From Octopus sinensis (taxonomy: Eukaryota), in contig NW_021836293.1 of assembly GCF_006345805.1 (NCBI RefSeq), forward strand, positions 124,001 through 188,000: a stretch of DNA of 64,000 bases, given 5' to 3'. Below are positions 46,738 to 60,279 of the stretch, piece after piece. The first letter of the stretch is position 1. Every line of letters begins with the position of its first letter. The notes below the pieces were generated by a model. The model saw nothing but the letters and a program-made list of their open reading frames with translations. It was not told where the DNA came from and did no database searches. Both the position numbers and the translations under genes were made by a program.

Positions 46738-49700
46738 TCAAATTTGCTAGACATAGAATCTCACTTTCCAATCACACACCCTACTTCAACTCGAACTTCA
46801 GAAAGTTGGGAAGAATAATTCTGCTCTCAACACTTTCAAATGTGTCCAATATATGACAACTTAGGTCCAGTCATCTAGTCATCAGACACTGATAAATTGC
46901 TTGCTCTCCCTTGTTAAAAAATGAGGTGGTAAAATGATCTTTATGGATTTGGCCAATAACTGAATCTGTTTTGTACATGAGGAAAGCAATTTGACATATC
47001 TCTGCTTGTTAACAATGCTCAGATACTAAATAAGTGTGCATGAAGAGTGCTTTTAATACTCCCCATGTAGCATTGCATATGCCCAAGGTGCACAGAGCAG
47101 CACTTGATTGTACAGTGAAAGCATACAATTAAGATAAAAGACTACAGAAAAAAAAAAGGTGAGGTGTCTGAAAATGTAAACACTGGGCAAATAAATACCT
47201 TAACATGTTTACCTTCATTTTCTACATACTGGTTTCAAAACCTGCTGAAGTTGACTGCCAGTTAGTCTTCCAGGGCAACCAAAAGAAAAGTAATAAAGAA
47301 GTTGATAGTTCCCTGGAAAAATTGATCTTTTGCCTACTCAAACGAAATGATAACATTATTTGTATGAATGTGTATGTAGGTGATATCTATAATACTTTAT
47401 CTAAAAGCTGATATTGTATTGTATGGATGTAAATAAGAAGTTCAATCAATTCTTTTGAAATATATTCTACCAGTGAAAAGGTCAAGACACATAATTATCA
47501 TACATAAAACCAATTTTATGTTACTGTATCATGAAATACATTTTGACAAAACAGTTTTTGTCAGGTTATGATTTTGTTTAATGTTTCAAATACTTTCTTG
47601 ATAAAACTTTTATGTATGTGTGTGTTTTAATCTTCTTGGTTGTATAAATTCATTGCTAGTGCTTCTTGCCCTGTTCTGGTAAAAGAATAATTCTGAATAA
47701 TAGTTAATATGTCTCAATGGAAAACGATAAAATATTCAAATCAGTAGCAATTGATTTAGTAATGTATTCAAAATTCATTTGCAATATGTTCAGATTAGTT
47801 AATTTAAGAACTTGAGTCAATACCTTCAGAACTATGTTCTGTGTTTTCCCTCCTGGTACTTCAAGTCAACAAACTTCTTATGACTTCCACAGTACAATCA
47901 GTGAGCAACTGATGGCATTGAATTTAAGTATCTTGCTTACTGAAGCATACAATGCCACTGACCTGATTTGAACTAGTGACATCTTAGTTTGTTGTCCAGT
48001 ACCCTATTAACTCAAGCGATATATGTTCTCTCTTATTGTAAAAGTTGTGTGAAATATACCATACTATTCCACAATGCAAACTTGCAAATACTATTCTCCT
48101 CTTTGATAATGCCACAGAACAAAGCCATTTACTTTAGAAATCTAGATAATCTAGTGCTACATACATTGGTTAAATAAAAGATTGGATAGTCATGGCTGGA
48201 ATGCTTTTGATTATATATCTATTCAATCAAGCTGGCTTTGAGCTAAACAACAATGACTTAGAAACTTATGCTTTATACAGTAAATAGCTCAATTTACAAA
48301 TATTTTATCAAATCAAACAGTTTTCCAGTGTAGATCAAGTTAAATTTCCCAAGTCAAACTAATGTTGCTGTTGAATTTTTATATATTATTATTTTTCAAG
48401 CTAAAATACTTTCAAATGGACCATTTTCCCCAAAGAATAGCAGCAAATTAGATGCATGGATTATAAATTGACACAGAATTGATAATGGAGAAAGCACTTA
48501 TGAGGTGAAAATGGTTTCTAGATAAGATCAGTTATGGAATAAAGGCAATGTTAAATTTGATTGAAAATTATATCCTTTGAGGGCAATATCACATTAGAAG
48601 TGAAAATCATAGTGTTAAAAGAGAGTGTTAAAATAGTGATATGTTATAGAATTCAAATTTTTAGACCCAATAACTTTACTAGAGATATTGAATAAGTTCA
48701 CAGCATTTCTAACAGATCATTATGACAACCCAGTAATGCCAAACAACGAGCACAACAAATAAATAAATAATACATTGAATAAGTTTCTTATATAATCACA
48801 TGAACTGCTGAATGAGCAATAAAATCTGCCTGAATAAAATTCCAGTTGTTTTTAGAATGAAGAACAAGCACCACACAAAGATCTTTAATGCTAACAGAAG
48901 AGACAAAAAGAGCTGCATTATACTGGTGTATGTGGATGACTGAAAGTGGTCAAGAATGTAGCTCCTATTCCAACATAGTAGTCGAAGTAGAAGGATGTTT
49001 ATTCAATGAAAAGTCAAAACACTTCAGTGTAAGATTTATTTCAGTCAAAACTTTGCTTCATCAGAGATTGTATGCTACAATGACTTTTAACACAAGATAT
49101 TCATTCGTATGGATAGAATATTGTCAATTGAATCAGTATTTTGCTGGAACCTTATTTTAGTGTTTCTGGTTGGATTTGAACTCAGAATACAAAGAAACAC
49201 AACTAAATAGTAGAACACATTTCATATGGCATTTTACAAGTTTTCTATTTACAACTCTAAATAATAATGATAATAAGAGTTTCCAATTTTGGCACCAGGT
49301 CAACAATTTTAACCGGTGGGGGTTTAGTTGATTAAACTGAAACCAGTACTCAACTGGTTTTATCAACAGCAAAAGGATGAAACACAAAGTTGACCTCAGC
49401 AAGATTTGTACTCATAGTGTAAAGAACAAAAAGAAAGCTGTCAAGCATTTTGTCTGATCTACTAACTCTGCTAGCTCACTGCCTTTGTAATGGTTTCAAA
49501 TTTTAGCACAGCAATTTCAGGGGAGGAGATAAGTCAATTATATCAAACAAGTATTTAACTGGTACTTATTTTATTAACCCCAAAAGAATGAAAGGAATTG
49601 TCAACCTCAGCAGAATTTTAATTCAGATTATGAAGATGGACAAAAGATGCCCAGCATGCTTAATGATTCTGATAATAGTAATTTTTAAGATAAGCAAATG

Positions 49701-51589
49701 ACTACAAATCTGGTGGAACAGGGTTTAACCAATTTAATCAATTCCAAACTCTAATATTCTTTTACTTGTTTCTATCATTGGTCTGTGGTTATGCTGGAGC
49801 ACTGCTTTGAAGGTTTCCTTTAGATTTTTTCATTTTTTTCTTTTTTGTTTAAATTAATCCCAAAACTTCTGTTAAGCCTGAATACTTTTTTTTTCACAGC
49901 TGTTAAATTCTGGGGACCTAAACAACCCTACTTTAGTTGTTAGGCAGTGGGTGACAAACAAATATGTATACACTCAAAGATACACACATACAAAATTTTT
50001 CTGTGCAGTTTCCATCTAGCAAATTCACTCCCAAGGGATCCATTGCCTTGACTACAGTTGAAGATACTGGTCTGAAGTGCTGCACAAGGAAACTAAACTC
50101 CAGATTATGTGATTGGGAGCTGAACTTCTCAATCACAAAGTCGTATCTGCACCTATATTTGACTAATGCATATTTCATTAACCTAATTGGATGAAAAATT
50201 AAATCAACTGCAGTAGGATTTGAACTTACAATGGGAAGAATTGTCACAAAATATTTGTTTCTGATTTACTTGGAGCTTTACTAATTCTGACAACCCAATA
50301 AACAGACGGGAAGGAAAATGCTGCCTTTTATTTTTCATTTATCTTTTTTAATGCAAGCAATGTTTCAGGAGTTGGTGTATATGTGAGTAAATAAAAGAAT
50401 GAATAGAATGTGTATGTTGTGTTAGAAATAACATAACGTACTACAGATAGATAATAGTGGTGTGCTAGTAGTGTGCTCCAAGTAGTGTCTGGTGTATCAA
50501 TTCCCCTGTTGTCAGAGCCCCTAGATTAAGGAGAATATTGGAAACACAATGTGCCACACAAAACCATTGTAAAATGGTAAACATTGGCAGTCAATTCAAT
50601 CACCAGCCATATACTGGTGATTTATTTTATTAGCCAACATCCAGAAGTTAACCTCAGTATTGTTTAAATTTAGAATGTGAAGTGCTGAATCAAATTCCAC
50701 AGAGAACTCTAATGATTCCAGCAATCCACTGCCCTAAGAAAACAATAACACCAAGCAAGTGAAAAGATGTCTACTTTCAGATTTTTCGGCTGGAGTCTTC
50801 ATATTTCCTATAATTATTGTCAACATTCATAAACATACTTGATAACAAGACTCACAGATCCTTCGCCAACTTGCTCAAGGCTAGTTACACTTTTATTAGT
50901 TTTGTTAGTTATATATATTTGTGCACACCTTTATGTTATTTCCTTTCAGTATAAAATTTCTTGAAGCTTCAAGAGAAAATAGCATATATTGTTCCACAAT
51001 CAATAACAGGAGCCTTTCACAGAGTTGAATGGTGAGACCAACAAAACTAGAATACGAAATATACACCAAGAATAAATATTTCGGAGGATTATCAGATAAG
51101 GTGACAACAAAAGGGTTTTAATATCAAAAAGTATAAGCAAAGTTTTCATTTTAATAGATACTCAGTTCTAGAGTTGATTGGAGAAAATAGAAAACTGATA
51201 TTTATATATATATATATATCTCATTATCATCACCATAGTTTAACTTCTACCTTTCATGCGGGCATGGGTAGGACAGTTCAACAGGAGCTGGCTTGGCAGG
51301 AGCCTACACCGGACTTCTTTGTATTTGACATGGTTTTTATAGCTGGATGCCCTTCCTAACACAACACCAACCACCCAGCAGGGTGATGTGAAGCAGAGAA
51401 AGAAATAACAACATCAAAAGCCACAAAGTATAAATCTTTAAAATATTTATTCATATGTAGACACATTTGTGTGTGTGTGTGTGTGTATGCATGTATAAAA
51501 TTAATATAGACAGCCATATGCAATGTGTTACCAAAAACAGAAACTATAAATGTCACTAAATATGACTAGGTTGTTAGAACACTGACTTG

Positions 51590-51768
51590 CTAGAAATAAG
51601 TGCTAAAAAGCTCTAATGCTGTGGTTAAAGCACATCATTGTATTCATATGTACTGATAAGGACTGAAATCAACCAGTGCTTTCGGAAGGTTACAGTCTCT
51701 GTTAGTACAAATGTATACAATTATGTGCTTTAACTACAGCACTAGAGCTTTTTAGGTCTTATTTCTAG
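51590..51768. repeat. Fold-back hairpin, 81-bp arms, 17-nt loop
   Basis: 51590-51670 versus reverse complement of 51688-51768: 68/81 identical, no gaps. Confidence 0.93.
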
Positions 51769-52055
51769 GTGTGTGTATGTGTGTGTGTGTATACGTGCAT
51801 GCATGGGCACATGTATGTGCATGTGTGTGCGTGTGTATTGTGGTGACAGCTGATTGTCCAACTGAACCAAACTACTGTTTTTCCAAATTTCTGATCTGAT
51901 CTGTCTGTTGCAACTCTTAACAGATGTGTTATATTTTATTCATATAATAGGGCTGGATTTGAGCTCAGAGAGCAGAGTCAGAATTGATACCTTAATGTAT
52001 TAAAGCATTGTAGCTAATACTGTAACAACTCTGCCAATTGACTACCTTTATTTAT

Positions 52056-52102
<47 letters not shown>

Positions 52103-52170
52103 GTGAAAAGGAACATATATATATATATATATATATATATAAGGGTGAAAAGGAACATATATATATATAT

Positions 52171-53597
52171 AAACCAAAGTCCTAATAAGTAACAAGGCAG
52201 ACAAACCACAAATCCCTTCAGCTAGATGGCTCTGCTCAATCTGTAGAAAAAGCATAGGTAGAAACTCTATAAGATGTACCCAGTGTAAGCTATGGACACA
52301 TAAGAGGTGCAGCAATATTAACGGAAGGCTAATTGGGAAGGTAGTTTTCATATGTGGTAGATGCTCAGGTGCAATAAACACTGAAAATGTGCAGAGAACA
52401 ATTTCTGCCACATTCCAGGGAGAAAAACTAGAAGTAGTCGATAGCTTCCGTTACCTAGGTGACCAAATCAGTTGCGAGGTGGGTGCATTGAAAGTGCAGC
52501 TGCTAGAATAAGAATAGCTTGGGCAAAGTTCAGAGAGCCCTTACCTCTGCTGGTGACAAAGGGCCTCTCACTCAGGTAGACTGTATGACACGTGTACGAA
52601 CAGCCATGCTACATGGCAGTGAAACATGGCCCATGACTGCTGAGGACATGCATAAGCTTGCAAGGAATGAAGCCAGTATGCTCTGATGGATGTGTAATGT
52701 CAGTGTTCATACTCAATAGAGTGTAAGTACCTTGAGAGAAAAGTTGGACCTAAGAAGCATCAGTTGTAGTGTGCTAGAGAGATGACTGCACTGGTATGGT
52801 AATGTGGCAAGAATGTATGAGGATAGCTGTGTAAAAGAGTGCCACACCCTAGTGGTTGAGGGCACCTGTGGAAGAGGTAGACCCAGGAAGACCTAGAATG
52901 AGGTGGTGAAGCATGACCATCGAACATTAGGCCTCACCGAGGGAACAACTAGTGACCGAGGCCTTTGGAAATATGTTGTGCTTGAGAAGACGTGGCAAGC
53001 CAAGTGAGACCATAATCAGTGACCTTATGCCAGAGGTGTGACCAGCCCACTTATGCATACCTTTCCTTCATTGGACACTAAACTCTGCTTGCAAAGATCT
53101 GTTGAGGCAAGTGAAATCGAAATCGAAATCAAATAGGATGACTGGCATCCGTGCTAGTGGAGTACTAAGAGCACCATCTGAACGTGATCATTGCCAGAAG
53201 CAGCTGACTGGTTTCCGTGCTGGTGACACTTAAAAAGCACCATTCAAGCGTGATCATTACAAGCATCACCTTACTAGCACTTGTGCTGGTGGCACATGAA
53301 AAAATTTCGAGTGAGGTCATTGCCAGTGCCACTGGACTGGCTCCTGTGCAGGTGGCATGTAAAAAAGCCATTTGAGCGTGGCCATTGCCAGTACCACCAG
53401 ACTGGCCCTCATGCTGGTGGCACATAAAAGTACCCACTACACTCTTGGAGTGGTTGGCATTAGGAAGGGCATTCAGCTGTAGAAACTCTGCCAGATGAGA
53501 TTGAAGCCTGGCACAGCCATCTGGTTTGCCAATACTCAGTCAAATCGTCATACCCATGCTAGCATGGAAAACTGGTGTTAAATGATGATGATGATGA
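52171..53597 (+). mobile_element. 5'-truncated RTE LINE inserted in (TA)n
   Basis: TKVLIS...WLCSICRK...RCTQCKLWTHKRCS...CGRCSG...EKLEVVDSFRYLGDQ, 3' UTR and (GAT)n tail; TA runs on both sides. Same family as 6773-8307, opposite strand. Confidence 0.95.
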
Positions 53598-53647
53598 TAT
53601 ATATATGTTATAATTTAGAACAAACCGTTACTTTTTTATTATTATTA

Positions 53648-53810
53648 TCTTAATATATAAAATCTGTTCCGTCCGTCTGTCTGCCTGTCTGTGCGCTTAT
53701 AACTCAAGTATTGTTCATTTGATTGCGCTGAAATTTTAAACATGGAAACGTGAGAGAGTGGGGCATTCCGTAATCTAAAAAGATTTTCAAAATCATTAGT
53801 TTCAAAGTGA
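53648..53810 (+). mobile_element. Helitron-like 5' terminal fragment
   Basis: A|TCTTAATATATAAAA followed by (GTCT/GTCC)n and GCGCTTATAAC, the usual pattern of invertebrate Helitron/HINE 5' ends. No 3' CTRR end found. Confidence 0.5.
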
Positions 53811-53824
53811 GAATCATCATCATT

Positions 53825-54331
53825 ATCACCATCTACCAGTTTTTTGATTCCACACTGATACCAGTTCTTGTCCCTCAAGGCAAAGAACTCCTTCACTGAA
53901 GCTTCCACCTTCTCTTGGTTGATGAAGCATCACAAGAAGTCAGCCATGATTAGAAGAAGTGATAATCCAAGAGAGATATTTTCCCACAATCTGAAGACCA
54001 GAAGCAGTGGTTAAGCAAAGGCCAGCTTCCAGAGCCTGTCACCAAGCATGGGCATTTTGAACACAGGGTGATGTTCTACATGAAGTTGAATTATTGGGTT
54101 CAGATAATTCCCTATGAGTTCATTCCTGACAGTTGAACCATCAATGCCAACCTGGAACAGATGTATGCCATTGTGCAGAAAAAATGCCCAGCATTGGTTA
54201 ACAGAGAGTGATCTCTTCTGCAATAGGACAATGCAAGACCTCATACCACTCAAAAAACCTGGAATAAACTCCAGAAACTTGAGGGAATCAAATTGATGCC
54301 ACAACCAGCATATAGCCTGGATCTAGCTCCT
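53825..54331 (+). mobile_element. Rearranged mariner transposase remnant
   Basis: Plus strand 53955-54331: Q*DNARPHT...MPQPAYSLDLAP. The C-terminal piece (VEASVKEFFALRDKNWY) lies inverted at 53825-53930. Confidence 0.85.
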
Positions 54332-56529
54332 ACAAGAGGTATAAAATCAAAGGAGAGATATCTAAAGTTTGCTGTTCCTCTCCATAGATTCTACACAAAC
54401 TAGTTTTATTCGGGTTTTATTGTCAAAAGGACACAACACTAATTCTCTTTTTTTCCTTTCTTTTTCCATTTTGCTTTTCTTCACTCTTTCACATTTTGCA
54501 TCCATCTTCCTCTCATTTTTTCTCATGGTTTTTCTTGTTCTATTGTCCTAGTTTGTATCTGGTATAAATTGTGTTCAGAGCCCTAAGATTGCATGGAGAC
54601 AACAGACATGTTATAAAAACTTACATAGACTACATCTACAATATATGAAACTATTAGTAGTTCATAACTATTTACTGTGTGCATTAAATGATATATATAT
54701 ATATATATGCATGGCAAATGGAAATTCAGTTGTCCAGCATAGCTAAAGACTGATCAGTAAGCTTGTGTTCTTTTCTGTTTTTGATAAGTACTTATAGAGT
54801 CTAATATCATTTTATCCTTTTATGTCCAAAATTTAAGTTGATTTGTAGAATAAATACTACAAGACACTTTGTTCAACATCTCTCTATCAATTTTGTCAAC
54901 AGACATTTGGTCAGAAATGTTGAAACTTCCATCAGAGTACATAGATTTGTTGGTATCTGGATGTTTTGCTTGATCTCTGTCAGTCTCTGTGAGCACATTG
55001 CTAATTACTGTTATTGTCAGATAATAGTTTGGTGTAGTACTTACAGTCAGTTTTTATGGTGAAGTTTCTACATTAACAAGTGGAATATGCCAAAAAGTTT
55101 CAGAAACAAATATATAAAGCAACAATAAAAAAACAACAAAATGACAAACCTGAGCAGAAGATAATTAATTTTATGTTGGAAAGAATAAACAAAAGAGAGT
55201 TCGTTAGGAAGAAAAGCAAAGTAGGGAAAAGAAGATTGAAATTCCATGAAAGAAGTTGTTACAAATGAAAGTTACAAAATGAATAACAGCAATAGACAGA
55301 TTGAAAAGGTGTTTTACAGCTGAGAAAACTGTTTTTCTTCTGAGGGAAATAAGGTGTGAGATGACATGCTATGTATACGAGTGTTTCACAGGTGCTGAGT
55401 CAGTCATGTCTGTAAATTTATTCTGTATTTTCAAAACCTGGGCAGCCAGAAGCTAAGCATTCTTTTTTTTTTCTTTTTTTTTTTTTGTCTGTGTTGATTA
55501 CAAAGTTTGCAGTAGATGATAGCTTCTAGTTTTCAGGTGCAACAAAATAACGTACCATCAAGCAGTGAGAGTTGATAGTATCAACAAACACACTTACCTC
55601 AAAAACCACCTAAATTATTTTTGTAATTTTCAGTATGTTGGCAGAATCATTAGAGAATCAGACAAAATGAATTCTGACATTTGTACTAGTTCATTACATT
55701 CTGACTTCAAATCCCACTAAAGTATTCTTCACCTTTCATCCATTTGGGGGTTGATAATTTAAAAGACCAGCCAAGTACTGGGGTTGATGTTATCAACTAA
55801 ACCCTTTCTATAAAAAACACTCATCTCTGCCTAAGTCATAGAACATTATTGTTGGAAAAAATGGAATGTAGTGGCAGAGACTGACTTCAAAATGTTGAGC
55901 CTATCAGAGGAGAAGATGGCATACTGTGATGAATGACAATATGCTGTATTTGAGAAGACCTGTCCATCTCAGATGAATTAAGGTTTTGTCAAGCCTTCTA
56001 ACACTCATTCTTTCATCAATCTCCTGTTACACTATTTTCCTTCACTTCCCCTCCATTGAAATGATATCCTTTGCATCCAACTCATTTCCTATCTTTAATC
56101 ATGTCACACTATTTTCACTCAGTGAGCTTACCTACATATCCACCTTTTCTGCTCTTCTACCTTATTCTGTCTCATATTCACCTTGTACTAGGACATCACA
56201 TCTCTCTCTTATTCTCTCTCTCTCTCATTCCAAGTGGTTGAGCCATGTAGCCACTGCTTCAGCAAGACACCTGTCTTCCTATCTTTGATAGGGAGACAGT
56301 TGTGCAGGTAAATGACCACCTCACCAGTGTTGATTCCATATAAAACATACCCAGCACACTGTTAAATGAGCGATATTGTGAAGGGCATCCAACTGTATAA
56401 ACCATACAAGTGTCTTCTACTATAGCCTCAGGCCTACCAAAGCCTTGTGAGTGGATTTGGTTGACAGCAACTGAAAGAAGTACATCATATACATACATAT
56501 ATATATGTGTGTGTGTGTGTGTCTAGTTA

Positions 56530-57290
56530 AGTCTATGTCTGGTTTCGCATCCACAACAGGCTTAGCCCCATGGACGTCTCATCAGACTCTTAAGCTGAAG
56601 ATAAATGTAACTCTTTGCCTCTGGGAGGCAGGAATCCATTACAGTCATTTGATCAGTAAGTCACCAAAGAATAAATACTCTAGGGTCAGCAAGGATGGGT
56701 TATTTTCCTTATACCAGTTCATCTGGGCCAAAAGTGGAGGAACAGAGGATTTTTCCCTCAGGCTGCTTTTAGATTGTAAGGGCCCTTCTAGGTCTAATCG
56801 GAGAATGGGGAATCCCAAGCTTGCAGCAGGTAGCATTTGAAATGGGTGCAAAGACTGTGAATTTCTTGGCGAGTGTTCAGTGATCCAGTTTCAGGGAGTC
56901 TTTGAGTATCTTTGCTCACTCAGTTATATAAATCTTGCAGTGTTTGTTCTCATTAATGTAGGGTTCCAGCTGGTGTAAGACCCTCCACTTCATATCCCTA
57001 TAGGGTTCTTTCATATTTGAGCTGCCACGCGTGGCTGGCCAGGGATGTGACAAATCATCATTCCAGAATCCTGAAAGAGGACCTGTAGCTGTACAGGCAC
57101 CGCTTGAAGGTCATCCCAGCTGACCCAATATATTTCCAGGCCTGGGTTTTGTTTGTGCTCACATTATTGGTGTACCTTCAGTTGGCTCTGGGCCTGCAGG
57201 TGTTGTTGCCACCAGTGTTGCTGGAGCTGCCATCAGTGTTGTTATCATTACAAGGCATGGGTCTGGTGATATAACCACAGCTGTTGCAGT
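56530..57290 (-). mobile_element. Penelope-like element GIY-YIG domain, 3' region and hammerhead motif
   Basis: KYIGSAGMTFKR-LYSYRSSFR...TSLASHAWQLK...LNTRQEI-SLCTH; CTGATGA-G...C-GAAA at 56585-56543. Confidence 0.8.
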
Positions 57291-60279
57291 TGTTGTCATT
57301 AGCAGTTCAGTAAAAGAGACTAAGCTTCAAAAAATAAGTCCTGGGATTGATTTGTTTGACTAAAACTCTTCAAGGGCAGTGACCCAAATGGCAGCACTCA
57401 AATGACTGAAACAAGTAAAAAATTATTTATATATATATATATATCATCATCATTTATTTAATGTCTGCCTTTCATGCTGGCCTGGGTGCGACAGTTTGAC
57501 AGGAGCTCACCAAGCAGAAGACTGCACCAGACTTCTGAGTCTGTTTTGGCATGATTTTCACATGCCTTTCATAACACCAGCCACCCTGTAGAGAGGGCTG
57601 AGTGCTTTTTGCATGGCACCAGCTCAGGTGAGGTCAGTTCTGGCATTGTTTTTACTGCTGGATGCCCTTCCAAATGCCAACCACTTTACAGAGTGGATTG
57701 GATGCTTTTTAGCACTGGCAGGGTCACCAAATAACTTGCAAGACAAGGAATCTTTGAGCAGAGGGGGAGCATTGGAGGAGATGATCTTGTGTCAGGTAAT
57801 GAAAGATTATAGTGTGACAGAGAGAGACAGAAACAGGTGTCTTGCTGAAAAGGAGGTACATGATTACCATATCTATTTTCTCATTCTCATGGTTCTTGGC
57901 TGACTGAACCTGTTGTGCCTGCCCATTTTTGAAAACACTTCAGTCATCTGCATAGCCACTGTGCTTCCTGTACCAAAGTCACCAGTTGTCAGGGATTGTT
58001 GTGGGAGCTATCCATGAGAAATAACAGGGCCAAGCCTATGTACACTGTATTGGATGACTGTTGACTGTAGCAAGTTCATCTGCCCTTTGACAAGTTTGGT
58101 TTTTCATTTTGCAGGGGGTCGTCAAAGTAAAACAAGCTTAACAGTGCTGCCAGTTTAGTCGAAATCAACTTGACCTTACAGCTGGTTGTATTGGATTGTA
58201 TGTTACCAGTAGTGCTTGCAAGCGACCTGACATAAATACACATACACACACATATCTGATGATCCTGTGCATAATTTCTATTATGAAATTTTATTCACAA
58301 GTTTTTTGCTTAACTGATGCTATAACACCAAGATACTACACAAGGGACCGAATCCAGAATCATGTGATTATAAAGCCCACTTCTTTACTTCATAGCTATC
58401 CCTGCTCCCACACTTTATACATCTTGGCCTGCTGTTTGCTTATTCATACTATCTTAACATTCTATTGACTTGCATAAAACTTACCCCTGTGTGCTAATTG
58501 CATGCTTACATTTACATCGGAAGTCTAATAAGATGATAACAATTACCTTAATATTCAGTAAGAAATTACTTTTAAATATGGATGATATAATCACCGACAC
58601 ATTAAAATATTCACCTTAGTAGCATGGAAAACAAGAGAACAGAAACTAATACATCTATTCAGTGTTTTAGATTAACAAGTATAGGTTTCACATTGTGGAG
58701 TATAGAAAAGGAAAGTTGCTATTTTCTTTAACCTTTTACTTTCCTGTTATTAACAATTTTATTAACAATTGAACTCTCAATTCTAAAGGTAGATTTGAAT
58801 AAAGAATTCAGAAGTAAAATAGCAATGAAAGAATTACTAGATGTATTTAAACTACATTCTAAAACACTGAATAAAGTGCTGAAAAGTACTTTGTTTTGTT
58901 TTTTATTTATTGTGTTAGCTTTATATTCTTGTAACCAATTTCACATCACAAAAATCTGTATTGAATTTAGATTCCATTATATGTTGTATCTTGTGAATGG
59001 TTTTCTAGCATCTTGTACATTATTACAACTATAAATGCAATGTTCTCAGACATTCTATTCCTTAAAATGTCTAAAAAATATAAAAATGAATAAAAAGAGA
59101 AAGAAAAGAATAAGAAAACTGGGGAGATTGAAAATTGTGGTTCTGATTTTTATTTTATCCTTTTATCTCTTTCACTGTATTTTCATTTTTTACCATTGCA
59201 CTAAAGAAAGACATTTTTTGACAAAGCATAAAGTCCCTGCTTTTTGGGATGGGTATAATGGGATATTGTAAACTCTACACTTTTCTCAAGAGCATTGAAG
59301 GTTTAAGTGGGATGAAATGGGCTTACATTAGTGTTATGATGTTATATTGTCAGGACTTTGCTTCTTGCCTTTCATCACTCACCATACCATGCAAAAATAT
59401 TTTTGAATTATATAAAGGGAATATATTAATTTTACATAACTTCCTCTCACCACTTTCTCCCCCTGCAACTACTAGACAATGTATTTCAGCACTAAAAGAT
59501 TTAGCAAATATTATGTTACAAAGTAGCATTTTCCCTCTGATTGAGAAGCATCTATGTAGTCACTTGACCTGCAATAAACAGCTGTCAAATCTCCACTATA
59601 TCCCTCTACTATCTTGTGAAATGCAAGGACACATTATTGATTTGATTCTAGATATTCTATTCCTGAAAAAAATTAATGTGATGGTTATGGCTGGCATGCC
59701 TTTAATGACCATAGGGATACTCAGTGAGGCTTGATTTAGTATGCTTTGCACATATTTTCTACCTTGAGTAAATGATTTCAAGGAAAAAGATTGATGTGAT
59801 TCACTCAAAAATCTTGTTAATATTCCCCAAAATTGTTGGCATTGTGCCAAAATTTGAAACCAATATTAGTAGAAGGATACTGTTAGGAAAGCCCTGAGGC
59901 AGTTTTATTTTATGAGCTTTTCATGAACCAATGAAAAAATAACGTTATTGCTTGACCAGCTAGTAATGGTAACTAAATTTCTTACAAATCTTATCCTTCC
60001 ATCTTTAAAACCTGAAGTAAACAGTGAATCATGTAGTCCTGGATTCATAGATATGCTATATACAGAAAGAAAAAACCAAATACTATGAATTAAAGCATCC
60101 AAAATGTTGAAGATTAGAATGTTCTTGGTTATAAACTAACCTAACATGGGTGACTTGGTTTGAACAGCAACAACAACAGCATTCTTCCATTCAGACAAGA
60201 CTGCAAATTGAACCATATTAATTTCACTTATGCCAATGCTCTTGTCTCAGAAGATAGTCAAAGTCTATGTGTTGAGACA

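Noticed and set aside
47820-48140. Exon-like segment with several open frames
   Set aside because: Minus strand reads IRSVALYAS...TQNIVLKV, resembling a decayed RTE RT C-terminus.
50770-51100. Two further TTTCG...TCAG/TCAT hammerhead-like strings (about 50785 and 51085)
   Set aside because: Cores deviate (ATGAAGA, CTGATAA) and no stem II or stem I can be formed.
59064-59220. Purine-rich versus pyrimidine-rich halves suggesting a fold-back
   Set aside because: Apart from AAAATGTCT/AGACATTTT the pairing is explained by low-complexity composition.
59249-59734. 161-aa plus ORF, the longest non-LINE ORF in the track
   Set aside because: Its last ~65 codons run through a reversed family-3 repeat (59535-59735); no recognisable domain or clear splice boundaries.
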